Shown here piece after piece: positions 39,301 to 50,429 of a stretch of 64,000 bases of DNA. Position numbers and translations under genes: made by a program. Source of the DNA: Anthoceros angustus. Lineage: Eukaryota; Plantae; Anthocerotophyta. The notes beneath the pieces are model-generated. The model made no database searches. It saw nothing but the letters and a program-made list of their open reading frames with translations, and was not told where the DNA came from. Every line of letters starts with the position of its first letter. Position 1 is the first letter of the stretch. The DNA lies in assembly GCA_010909165.1 (NCBI GenBank), contig MU008211.1:1-64000 (forward strand). The letters are read 5' to 3'.

Positions 39301-40299
39301 CCTGCAAGATCGTCGGTCAAGAAGATTGTGTCCATGGAGGTTGATATGCATCGGGCATCACCACCTTTCTCGCATGCCCTTCATTTACAACGATCTGAGG
39401 CCTTTGTGTGCTATTCAAATTTTATGTCTAATGAGCAGGCTGCATTCGAGGTGCTCGAGCTTGCAATGCCATCGTGAGGACATACCCTTTGCATTGTAGT
39501 AGGAAAGGTTCAGCATGGTTCTTTAAGACATATGCATTCATCTTTGAGCCTCGGACATTGCGGATTGTGGTAGTGGATGCACCGCGGCATGGAGATCGTA
39601 GGTTTTTTCAAGCGAATACACATGTGCAATGAGAGGCATTAGGCAATTTTGGAATTGTGTTTTGTGAGGCAGGACTTGGAAGTTTGACATGCCTAGTGAT
39701 GGCTTTTTGGGCTTACTGGACATGACGGTGTATAGCTTGGGGACTACATTTTGTGTTCAGATCAAAAAGTAACCCCCTAATACTGTACACTCATGTGTCG
39801 CGGTGGTAGATAAACGGCACTCGAAAAGGGGTGACCAACGTTCGACCTTGCTACCAGTTGTCCTTTTAGAAGTTATAGAACATCAAGCCAGCTCGTGTAC
39901 ATGAGCTCGTGAGCTAAAGGGGCAAAGGTTCAAACCACAACTCGATTACATAGTTCGTTCCCTTAAGCATGCCCGGTTGGTGGCCCTCAAAGTTCCTATG
40001 GTGCTAACCCGGGGCGTAAAGTCGCGGCCTCGTCTAGGGGCCTCGGCGCGCCCGATTAGTTTTTCGGGGTAGTGCGGTGAATTTTTAGAGAATCGGCCTT
40101 TTGGTCATTATTTTACCAGATAGTAAAATTCATTACACTATAGTAGAAAACATGCCAAGTGGGGTGGATATGATCTACCATCAAGGTGGAAAATAGAGCA
40201 CTAGAGTAGAAAACATGACGACCAAGTGAATACCAAAAGGCGTCTAGTAGAAGCTCATTCTAGAAATCCCACCAAAATCGCTAACTGACAAAAACATTT

Positions 40300-43200
40300 T
40301 CTGTTAAATAATATTCATGCGGATCCGGGATATACAAAACCAACAAAGAACCCTTTTCGAGTTTCAGATATCCGTAATTGCATGAAATACAATTCAACTA
40401 ATGAAGAGTAAATACCGATAGAGTGAACTCGCTTCAACAAGAAACCTACAAACAAAACCAAAATTAGCACCCAAACCGTAATTACTGCTACTAGTAAACA
40501 CTAAAATAAAAACATTGATACTCACCTTATTTTGGGAAATTTATCGATAATTATATGATTGAAAATGTAATTTTCACGACCACTTGGCTTGATTGGTACT
40601 TGTACATTATCATAATTGGCAACCAATTGATGAAGCCGAGGACTTGGACGAAATTGACCATCTTCGCAAGGTCACAACCTAAACAACACAACCATTAATT
40701 TTCAATCTAGTAAACTGATTAAAAGCATAAAGCTTACCGATCCCGACGGATTTTCGCATAGCAGCTTGAAATATCTCGAGGCACATCCTTCGCCTGTTGT
40801 CTTTCCCACGTAATCTCAACCTCTTGCTTCTTCCGCCGCTCTTTCTTGATGCTTAATATGCTCTTGTCTCCTCTCCGCATTTCTCCGCCTCAATCTCAAG
40901 GGCTTTCTCTTGCTTAGAGACTAATTCAACCGCTCCGTCTCTATATAAGTGCCTCCAAAATCGTCACTGAAACTCCATTTTCTGCTTCAATTTGTCATTC
41001 TCCAATTCCTGCTTGGAGATCCGGGCAAGCCGCCGCTCAAAGCCACTTACATTTCCATTTGCAACGCAATATATCCAGAGGTGCTACCACACCACACTTG
41101 TCCGGTTAACTGATGATGATCACACTCACTCAACAATGCCCTCCAACAGACATCCATCAACTTCCTCGTGTCAGATCAATGTTGAAATGAGGGACAAAGG
41201 CTTACACTAGTCGAAGGATTCACAATGCCAAGAAGAACACAATCAGGAAACTCGAAAATGAATGAAAACAACAAACAAATGACCAAAGAATCAACCTTGT
41301 CAACATATGGAATTTTAGTAGAACACCCCGTTGGTCGCTAGTATCCATCTGGATGCCTTGGCAATCTTTAAGGTGCCCGCCAAGAAAAACAAAACCAAGA
41401 TGATTAAAAAACTAACATGGCAGACTACAACAAAGCAACTTCACAATACCAACTCGAACTTCAAGACACGGACCACATGGTGCGAAAAACTGGTCCCCAA
41501 CATTGTTCGGTCCGCTTTCATGATGAATAATGAGGGCCACAGGAGGAAAGACCGACAAATCAAACAAGTCGACACGTGATTTTGACACAAGTCCCTACAT
41601 ACTTGATACAAATCTCAAACACTTACATTACTAACGTGTTGCACTTGCAAGGACGCGATCTTCAGTCGACTCGAAAATACTATTTCGAGTTACATTCAAC
41701 AGCTGACTGGAAGAACACCCTTAAATCATCCGCATCCGATTGAGTTCTTCATTTAAAAGCTCGATAAGATCGCTGCTCACTGTGAACAAGAACTCTTGCT
41801 GCTGTTTTGCTTGACCACGGTCATATCTCGCAAAACATATGAGAACGTTAGGAACGAGCATACAAAGACTCAAATGTCACAAGCTTTCACAACATATTAC
41901 CTTGAAAATCCAAAGATCCGCTTTATGGCTACCACACTTCTCCCAAAGATCGAGGGCACCGAGCCATCACAAACGTGTAATCATCTACAGGCAGCTCTTA
42001 TTGGTGTAGTAGCCAACAAGCCCACCGTCAGCCATGGTCTTCATAAATCTTGACATTCCTTTTGAAACACGAAGTTTTGCATACCAAGCCCGAACAAAAA
42101 CAACAGCAAGTAAATAGAAACCACAAAACTCAAGCCCAATAAACCAAAAACTTACATTGGATCTTGGGTTATCAATGGTTGAATTGAAGAGAAACCCCGA
42201 ATTGACAAATTCTTGTCATGCACCACTTGGGAGAGTGATCAATACTTTAAAGGTTTCAAGGACGTCCTTTTCGTAGATCTTGACCTTTGACTAAAATGCT
42301 CACTCGGTAGTTCTTCATATCCACTTTGTAATTTTTTGAATGCCGTTCTTCATACCTGCAAATGAAGACGAGCTCAATACAGTACATCAAAACATCAAAC
42401 AAACAAGAAAAAAAAGACTACATGAACAAAAGGTCCACTGAATCAAATGAGAAGTCCCTAATGAGCAGGTTATGTAACTCTTCACCACCTCGAACCCCAA
42501 ACCTGGTCATGCAAAAATATGCACACCTGCAAACAAGATAAGCATAAGGGCTCGTTTAAGAGACCATAAATGAACAATCAAAGTGCACCCCAAAACCAAC
42601 AATATTACCTTTTGAGCCCCCTAATGAGCATTGATGATCTACGTGAAAGAATCACGCTCATCATCGAAATCAACTTCACCTCTTTTCGACATGACACAAT
42701 CCCAAGGTCCTTGCTGATTTTCATGGACGCAACCAACGCTCACAGGACCCATGGAAAATTCCATGAAACATGTTGATCATAACATCGAGAACCAAGCGGC
42801 TTTGGTTCGATGCACTTCCTTGTTAAAATCGGTTAAACCCACGAAAGAAAGACATCACCGCACAAGTGAAGATCGGCAATCGGTCATGTGAAAGGAAAGT
42901 CGAACTATCAAAATCAACAAGTAAGAAAACATCACTACGTTTACGGAAAATCTCCTGTTGTCCTTGATTCGAACTTGATGGAAAAAGGGTATCGAATAAG
43001 ATTTAGATCCTTGTGAGGAATATCCTCAAGCGATCCCCATCCTGACCCCACTCACTTTCATAAAGGCCAGACGACTTGACACGCTTATTACGCCGTTTGA
43101 CCTATCCTCCCCACCACTCAAAGCATCATTCAGCTCCCTCGGGACTACGGGTCAAATCCCCTCTCGAAAATTTCTTCATCATCAATTTCCTCCATACCCA

Positions 43201-43738
43201 TGGCAAAGTCATCTTGGGACACTTTAGCCTCTCAAACATATCGAGCACTTCTTGATCGGGATGACTCGGTCGGGAACCACAGAGCATGGAAAGCCCGGCA
43301 GAGCATCTGTTCAACGGCACACAAATCTCTAGACTCAGGCAGGCTTTGGCGGCACTCACAACCATGGGATCGTCGTTATCAATCATTCTCCCCTGGCTGG
43401 ACCCCTCTCTCGAGACTGGGACATAGTTAGTAATCTCCGCAAGAGGACCTTCAACCAATGCCACAGGTCGAGTGTCCACCCTTCTCCTCTTCTTACAAAC
43501 TCAGCTGCACGTCGAGCATCCTTCTTGGATGAGAAGTGCCTTGGCGGTTTAGGAATGCCTTTTTGGAACTAAATATGTTCCTTCACGCACCAAGACACCA
43601 TCAACTTTACCATCATCCTGCGGTGGATGAGTTGCGATGTGGAGGCGGTGACTTGACCTGTTGTGTGTCTGACTTAGCCATGACGGCCGGACCCTTGCTT
43701 CTTTCCGGTCGAAGGTGGGTTTCCTTTTTGGGTGCCAT
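40300..43738 (-). pseudogene. Multi-exon gene remnant carried by the CACTA (starts MAPKK; E/K-rich coiled-coil C-terminus), unidentified
   Basis: ATGGCACCCAAAAAG at 43738; ORF 43126..43479; several 55-85 nt T-rich GT..AG introns on the minus strand (e.g. about 40446-40525, 40680-40737); E/K-rich segment 40790-41040. Confidence 0.45.
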
Positions 43739-46167
43739 CGCAAGCCAAGCATTAGAGTGGACAAGGAACACACATACAAGAACAAACAAAACCAAACAAA
43801 ACACTTACATGGTGTTGAACTTCAAATGAACTTCCCTGAAGGGTCTAAAGATGATTATAAAACAATTTAAGGCGAAGGGAGGGTGTGGGGATAGCACACA
43901 TTCATTGAATCTACACATTGTCAAATTGAGATCCCTCCACTTTATGTTAGTGAGAAACTCCTTTCCCAAAAACCCACATACTTCATAATTAGACCCTTTT
44001 GCCAATAATATCAAAAACAAAACAAAAAATGTTAGGCGGTGCACGCACTGAGACAAGCATACTAGGAGATTCAATGGACCTCAGCAAAAGGTTATCACGA
44101 TTCACGCAGACGAGTAGAATGTTGGCGAGCCAACCCTTCACACGATAATGACAAATGCCTACACACACAATTTGATGGATTAGATAACTTAAAAGTGGTA
44201 GCAAAGCAAACTTGACAAAGCGAAGGCACATGCGACATATCAAAACATCATCTCTAACGTAAAGTTGACATACCGGATCAAGGTTACACCATGGACAAAT
44301 TTCCTCCCGACAAAGCTTGTCGCGCAAAACAAAACAAATAAGAACAAGAATGCATGCGGGCTTAAAAAAGACAAACGATTTATCATCCATTAAAGCTGGT
44401 GATGCAAAGATAAATGTAAAATACAAGACAATGAAACCGTGATTCGAGACACTGTTTACCAACATCTTACTAGAAAATCTTGAAATTACTTCCCGTCAAG
44501 CAGACAAAAGACAATGAAAACTAATACAAGCTCGAAATCTAAGTGACATTTTCAAAGCGACATCTTCAAAAAGACTAAACAAGTTCATTGGCATACCAAA
44601 CAAAATCCAAAATATGTCATAGACCAAAACATGACGCATCAAAAGCAATGAGAAGGTAAGAACACACGAGGAAAGCAACCACACGGGGAACTTGACAACA
44701 ACAAACTCATATTAAGACGTGAAAACAAAAGTAACGGCAATCAATCGGACTAAGCGGAGACAAAATACGGCAAAAAACCAAGCCATGGAACACGGCATCA
44801 AGCGAGAACAAAAAGTCACTTCTAACAACAAGTTATAGCAGTTTTGAAGGTGAAAACAAGGTGAAGGTGAAAGAACATAAAGCAGACCTAAACAAAACTT
44901 AGCTTGGAAGTAACAACAAGCGAACCTCTCGGACAGCGGAATCGCGGTCGATTTCAAAAACGAACAGACACAATCGGCGATGGCGTCAAGAAAACAAGTC
45001 AACAGAGAAAGTACAAGCATCAAGAACCAAGCTTATACAGAAGTTAAATTTAAACGACACACATAGCAACGTCAGCAAAAACAAGAACACACGGAGGTCA
45101 TCGAGACACAAGAAAACAAGCGAGATGCAAGCGTGCAAGCCATGACCACACGACAACAAGCGAGCAGATAAAAACTTCCAACAATCAGAAGCGACCGTTA
45201 AGAAGGTCAAAAGAACGCAAGAATCACTCATGGAAGAGACTGACCTTCTTCTACAACAATAATGAAGGCTCAAAAGCGCGAGATCACCTTTGGTTTCACA
45301 AAAGCAGCACTCCATGTGGCATCAAACAAAATAAAGACAACCTGACGGCAATCAACTAGCAACTCGGCGACGTAAACCAAATACCATCATAGCAAAGTAG
45401 TCATTCCTATGATTTAGGAATCGCGCCAAAAAACAACGCCAGGCGGGCGAGATCGAAAAGCGATACAAAAGCCACTGGCAGGTAGAAAAACACTTAAACC
45501 GAGCGACAGACAAAAACCGCCGACCATACCGGGCGCGAACACCGTAGCAAAACAACACCAAAACCGCACAAAACAACAAAGCAAAGAAACAATAGACGAG
45601 AAAACAACAAAATAACGTAAGCGCAAATGGACAACTTCAAAGACGGGCCTTAACCTTTAAACGACGAAACCTCACCTCGGTGCCAATCAACCTTGGCCGG
45701 ACTAAGCAACAAAACTTAACGGAGCAAGGACACCGTGACCGGACCAGCAAACCCTTGGCCTTGAAAGAACCAAGCAACACCTTGGCCTTCAAACAAGCAG
45801 TCTATCTGAGACCTTGGCCTTTGAGCGAAGGCTGGAAAAAAGCCTTTGAAGGACCAAAACTTGGCCGAAAACTTACAAAGCCTAGAAGCCTAGAAGCCTA
45901 GAACACCTTGGCCTTCAAAGAAGGCTACAAAGCAGCTAAGCCTTGAGCGAAATCACTTTGGCTGCGAAACTAGAACTAGACAACTCATGGACTTGAGCAA
46001 AGCACAGCATGCACAAGGCATAGGCCATGGCCCTCAAACACAGAGCGCCTTGGCCTTGAAGCAGAGAGAGAAGACCTTGGCCAGTGACTAAAAAAGAACA
46101 ACGCACAGGCTTGGACGAGCCACACTCGGCCTCAAAACACAGATGCAAAAGACCTCCGCTTTGAGAA

Positions 46168-46195
46168 GCCATTTATATAGGCCCAAACCCTAAAC
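46168..46195 (-). promoter_or_regulatory. TATA box with telo-box/site-II-like motif
   Basis: Minus strand TTTAGGGTTTGGGCCTATATAAATGG, followed by about 2.4 kb of T-rich leader/intron leading to the MAPKK start. Confidence 0.5.
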
Positions 46196-48049
46196 ACTCT
46201 CCCTCTGGCCGCCCGTTCTCTCTCTACCAAAATTTGAATTAACCGAACCTAAGATTAGCGGTTCCAACCTCGTAGGTTGCCATTCGCTGCCGCCGCCTCT
46301 GTTCAACCAAACCTAGGTTCTTGATTCCAAACCTAGCCTAATGCACCAAACCTAATCTCCGAACCCCCGTATGGGCGTAACGAACCTCCGTTCAACCACA
46401 GTACACCATGAACCATCTAAGTTTGTTTCATTACTTAAGCGCACACACGGGTTTGTTCATACGCCCAACACGCCGCTCGCGTGGGATGTGGCGGTCGCGC
46501 TCGGTTCTGATCGGTGTTCTGAGTGCCTTTTGCTCCAAGTTTGGCTCGTCCTCGGGGAAGGTCGGCGCTCGCTCCACGTTCCCTTCATCTATGCGCCCAC
46601 CACATCGTTTGATCGCTTCTTTTCTTACATAGTTCTTGATTCCATCCTAGGTGGGTACACCAATTTGCACTCGATCTCCACGCCGATCCGTCTCTTTTGC
46701 GGCTCATCGTGGCATCCATTGCTCGCCACCGCCCATAAGACAACAAGAAGTCTCTTTGTAGCGTCCTTCGTAGGTACGACGTCAAGCCCACTAAGGTAGT
46801 GTCGGTTCTCCTTACTTTGGTTGAAGTCCTTTCGCCCACACCCAGCTATCTTGTGGGCTCTTGTTTCCAACCATTGCTAGTGCATGAGCTATAATCGTCT
46901 GTGAGTTTGCCAGAAACGCCTTTCTCACAAGTGATATCAGAAACTCGACCAGTAAAAGACCCTTCAAGTTCCAAGCGCCAAAGAGGTCCTCGGACACATT
47001 TGCTCTGTGACAAAAGACCTTATTACCTTGGTTGTTTCCTTTCAAAGTCGGGCTAATGCGGATCACCGCCTGTGATCGGTCTTGTCTTTGATCGGCGTTT
47101 GCGATCGGATTAATCTCACGTTGCCTTTCACCTAGGTCACAACAGAGACCTCGTTGCTAGTGGTGAAGCGGTCCGACCACAAGAACTCCTACAAGCGTCC
47201 TTCCTTCAGCTCTTAGAAGCTGCATCACGCGCAGTGAATTCTATGTGAGCATGCTTGCACATGACTTGCCATTTGACTCGCGCAGCATTGTGACTCGGAC
47301 GTAAGTGTTGCGCTTGGGACTCGCTAACGCATCTCAACCTTGGCCGCCTGCGATCGTGCGCTACATCCTTTCCTTTCCTTTCGTTCGTAGATCGCTTTGC
47401 TGCATGATAACCGCAACAAAGCATCGTTTAATGCGTTGTGCGTTTTCTGCTTGAACGCTCTGCGACTTCCGTTCATCATCTTCAAGGTAAGATTCCGTGC
47501 AAAAGCTCCAGTTAAGATCACTCGGTTTGAATTTACTTAGAGTCGCACGTGTCATATCATGTTGTGATCGAGTTCCTAACAAACTAATCACTCCGTGTGG
47601 GCGGCAAAAGAATCTTGAGTGGCATCACGCGCCTCGTCAATAGAACACATCAAGTGGTCGCGCACATTTTCCGTTTTTGTGTAGAAATCGGCGGTTATCG
47701 AAGGTTGGTATCAATTTGTTTTCCCGCTCAGAAGTAACAATGTGGCATGCACACGCGCAATCACGGAAATGCGGGCATGTCGCATATTGCTGATTGAAAC
47801 AGCAGAGCCGCATGAACTGCGTACGCAGTAGCATACGCCACAACGTTCGTGGCAAAAGCATGCCATCTTATGGTGACATCACCAAATATCACCACATGGT
47901 GATGAGTATATGTGGTGATGCGCCTCATAGTCCCACATGCGGTGGCTTTATGGCCTTAGCATGCTCGGCACGAGCATGTTGCGGGCACTCGTGTTTCAAA
48001 AGTTGAAGCATGAGCATTGTTTGTGTTTGATTGATGCTTTTATTTGAAT

Positions 48050-49206
48050 GGCATCCGAATGAGAACAACGATGAAATGGTCGAAAATCCAAGAAGGTAAT
48101 GATTTCGCCTCTGCTAAATCCATTTTAGGTTGATAAATCCATGGCTAAAATGATTTTTCTCCGAGCGATCACAATAGTAGAGAGCCAACAAACCTTAATC
48201 TGGCGATCGAACAATCATGTTCCCACCCATGGGGATCCGGATATGACAGTCAAGTTCAAATCCTCTCATTGAGATACGAAAAAATAGTTGAGAAAGGTAG
48301 TACATTGCAATTCGAATTGACTTTCCTGTCAACATTTCTAATTGGATATATTTGATAGACTCACGAGCACACTATGTTCACATCAATGGACAAAAGGACT
48401 TGCAGCTCCTTTGCGATGCCCTCAATTGGAAAAATTAAAAGGTAAATACTTGATTAGCAACCTTCTCTAGAACTATAGAACAAAATATAGGTATCGCAAC
48501 TTACAATGGTTGTATATGGTTCAGGATATTAAGAAGAATCTCCGAACAACGCTCAATTAGAGTTGGAAACAATGACTCTGGTCCAAGATTCAATGGACAT
48601 CGGATCTCATTCGATCAATTTTGGAGGTAAACAACAAACATTTCGTAATATATGTATTTGTTTACATTAAAGTACTAATATATTTGTTTTGAGTCTTTCT
48701 GAACAAGTATGCCTGAAATTAAGGAAAAATAGAAGAAATGGATGATAAAATCAACAACACAGCCATCTCACATCAGGTAATTGCTATTGTATATTTGTAA
48801 ATAATTAAATATATTTGTAACTAGTATTTTACTAATCAATTACTGTAAGGACAAAAACGAACAATAAGTACTTCTTTGCAGAACGTCCAATCACATTTCC
48901 GTAGTGTGGGAAATCTTCACAGCCATTGCCTCACATTAGTGAGAAAGGTATTTTACTGAGCAAGATCTTCTTAGACTTGAAATGGAGGTAAAATATTAAC
49001 TACTTTTTGTTTGTAGTTATCAAGAATCAAAAGGAGTTGTTTGCACTATTTGAGGTTAGTATATCATATTTTATAGTGGTGAAATTATATATCTCGATAT
49101 TTGACATTTACCATTATACAGAAATATTCCCGCTTGAAATTTTTGAAATGATTAACTTTCTATCTGGACCGTACAATGAACAAAGAAAGAAGTATTATTC
49201 GAAGTG
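48050..49206 (+). pseudogene. AT-rich multi-exon gene remnant with very short introns, unidentified
   Basis: Repeated GTAA/GTTA...AG introns of about 30-75 nt, some with CTAAT/TTAAC branch-like motifs (e.g. 48097-48129, 48442-48490, 48777-48849, 48988-49016, 49055-49121). Confidence 0.45.
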
Positions 49207-50429
49207 AGCGGATCCGAAATCGCGGTGTATACCCTTCAACGCCTGCAGGAAGAAAGTTAGAAAAGAGAAATGCCAAAACCCCGAAAGACAAACGTAATGC
49301 TGGAAAGTGAAAACTACAGTCACGAAGGTAAAAACTCAAGTGCGGTTCAAAACTCAGAGAGAAAAAGACTTCTAGCTTGGGTGCACAAGGCAACAATTCT
49401 AAGATCAAGAGACCTAAGCCCCGTCACGAAGTCGAGTGGCCGGACTCGGCCCCGGCCCTTAGCTCCATGTGAGGCAGGCGCTCGTCGGGCGCACCTAGAA
49501 GCGGTCTCGGCCTAACGGCCTCGACTGCTTCTCGGCCGTGACGCCGTCCAGTTCTAATACATGGCGCCTCGACACAGAACTACCGGCTACTTGCCCATAT
49601 GGCGCCATGCCTTCCAGGCCTTAACACCGCTACTTGGCCCATGGATATGCGCCATGCCCTCCCGGATCACATGGATATTGGCTACTTTGTACATGCAACA
49701 CCGCATACTACACACCCGAGAGAGGGGACCGTATAATAACCAATGTGGTCTACTACCAACTGCTTTGGGTGAGCATTGTCCTACAAAGGGCGGAACAAGA
49801 TTGTCCGGTCCTGAGGCAAATGTATCACGAGGACATGGCACGTTATTATGCTGATTGGAGTGTGACGTCCAACAAGCCATTCACATTATTATAATCAAGT
49901 ATGCCGTTATTATTTTATAACACCAATATCACGAGATCTTGCTACGTGATATATGGTGCGCTAAAAACCATATGTTTTGTAGTGTAGTTAGCCACCGGCC
50001 CCCTGCAATAATCGATGCCTACGGTCACGGGCAACCATGACCCGGGCCAGGCGGTCGTACATCGTCGATCCAAGAATGGTGTCGCCGTCTGACTGCGGCT
50101 TGTCCAACCTCAATGGCCTTGCCCCAACCAAGCTTGACTCTCATCCTCTTGTGTCTGATCTGCAGCCTTTGCTTGGAATAGGATTAAAAGTGAACCATGT
50201 CCATTATTTGAGAGTCGAAGGACCGCATAGGCGCTATGAACTTCTCACTCCCCAATTGCGAGCCTCACAAATACAACGTTGTAACAACACAACATGAAAT
50301 GAAAATTACAAATGAAAATGCTTTGGAAAGGAAAATGCAAGCCCCATTCCGCTTAACTACAAGCAATGGGGAAATCTGATACCTCAGGAAGACTTCTCCT
50401 TCCTCACGTCGATCCCCATCCGGATAGCG

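Larger units (their letters stand above)
33500..49984. mobile_element. CACTA DNA transposon, about 16.5 kb, both TIRs present
   Basis: Left end CACTACTACAAAACATATGGCTTTTTAACGC (33500). Right end GCGCTAAAAACCATATGTTTTGTAGTG (ends 49984). ATAA/TTAT-rich subterminal motifs at both ends. Flanks TAC/TAG (imperfect 3-bp TSD) rejoin one copy of the repeat seen uninterrupted at 50680-51290. Confidence 0.85.

Noticed and set aside
38600-39500. SET-domain or zinc-finger gene suggested by Cys/His-rich frames
   Set aside because: No complete NHSCxPN or ELxxDY motifs and no regular Cys spacing.
43805-45626. Hydrophobic minus-strand ORFs resembling membrane or env proteins
   Set aside because: By-product of T-rich leader/intron composition (F/L/V/C bias); no coherent frame.
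46183-46193. Telomeric repeat AAACCCTAAA
   Set aside because: Single copy beside a TATA box; a telo-box, not a telomere array.
39900-49530. Possible Mutator-like TIR pair (about 39900-40060 vs 49440-49520)
   Set aside because: Only short patchy similarity by eye and no 9-bp TSD; cannot be supported without an alignment.
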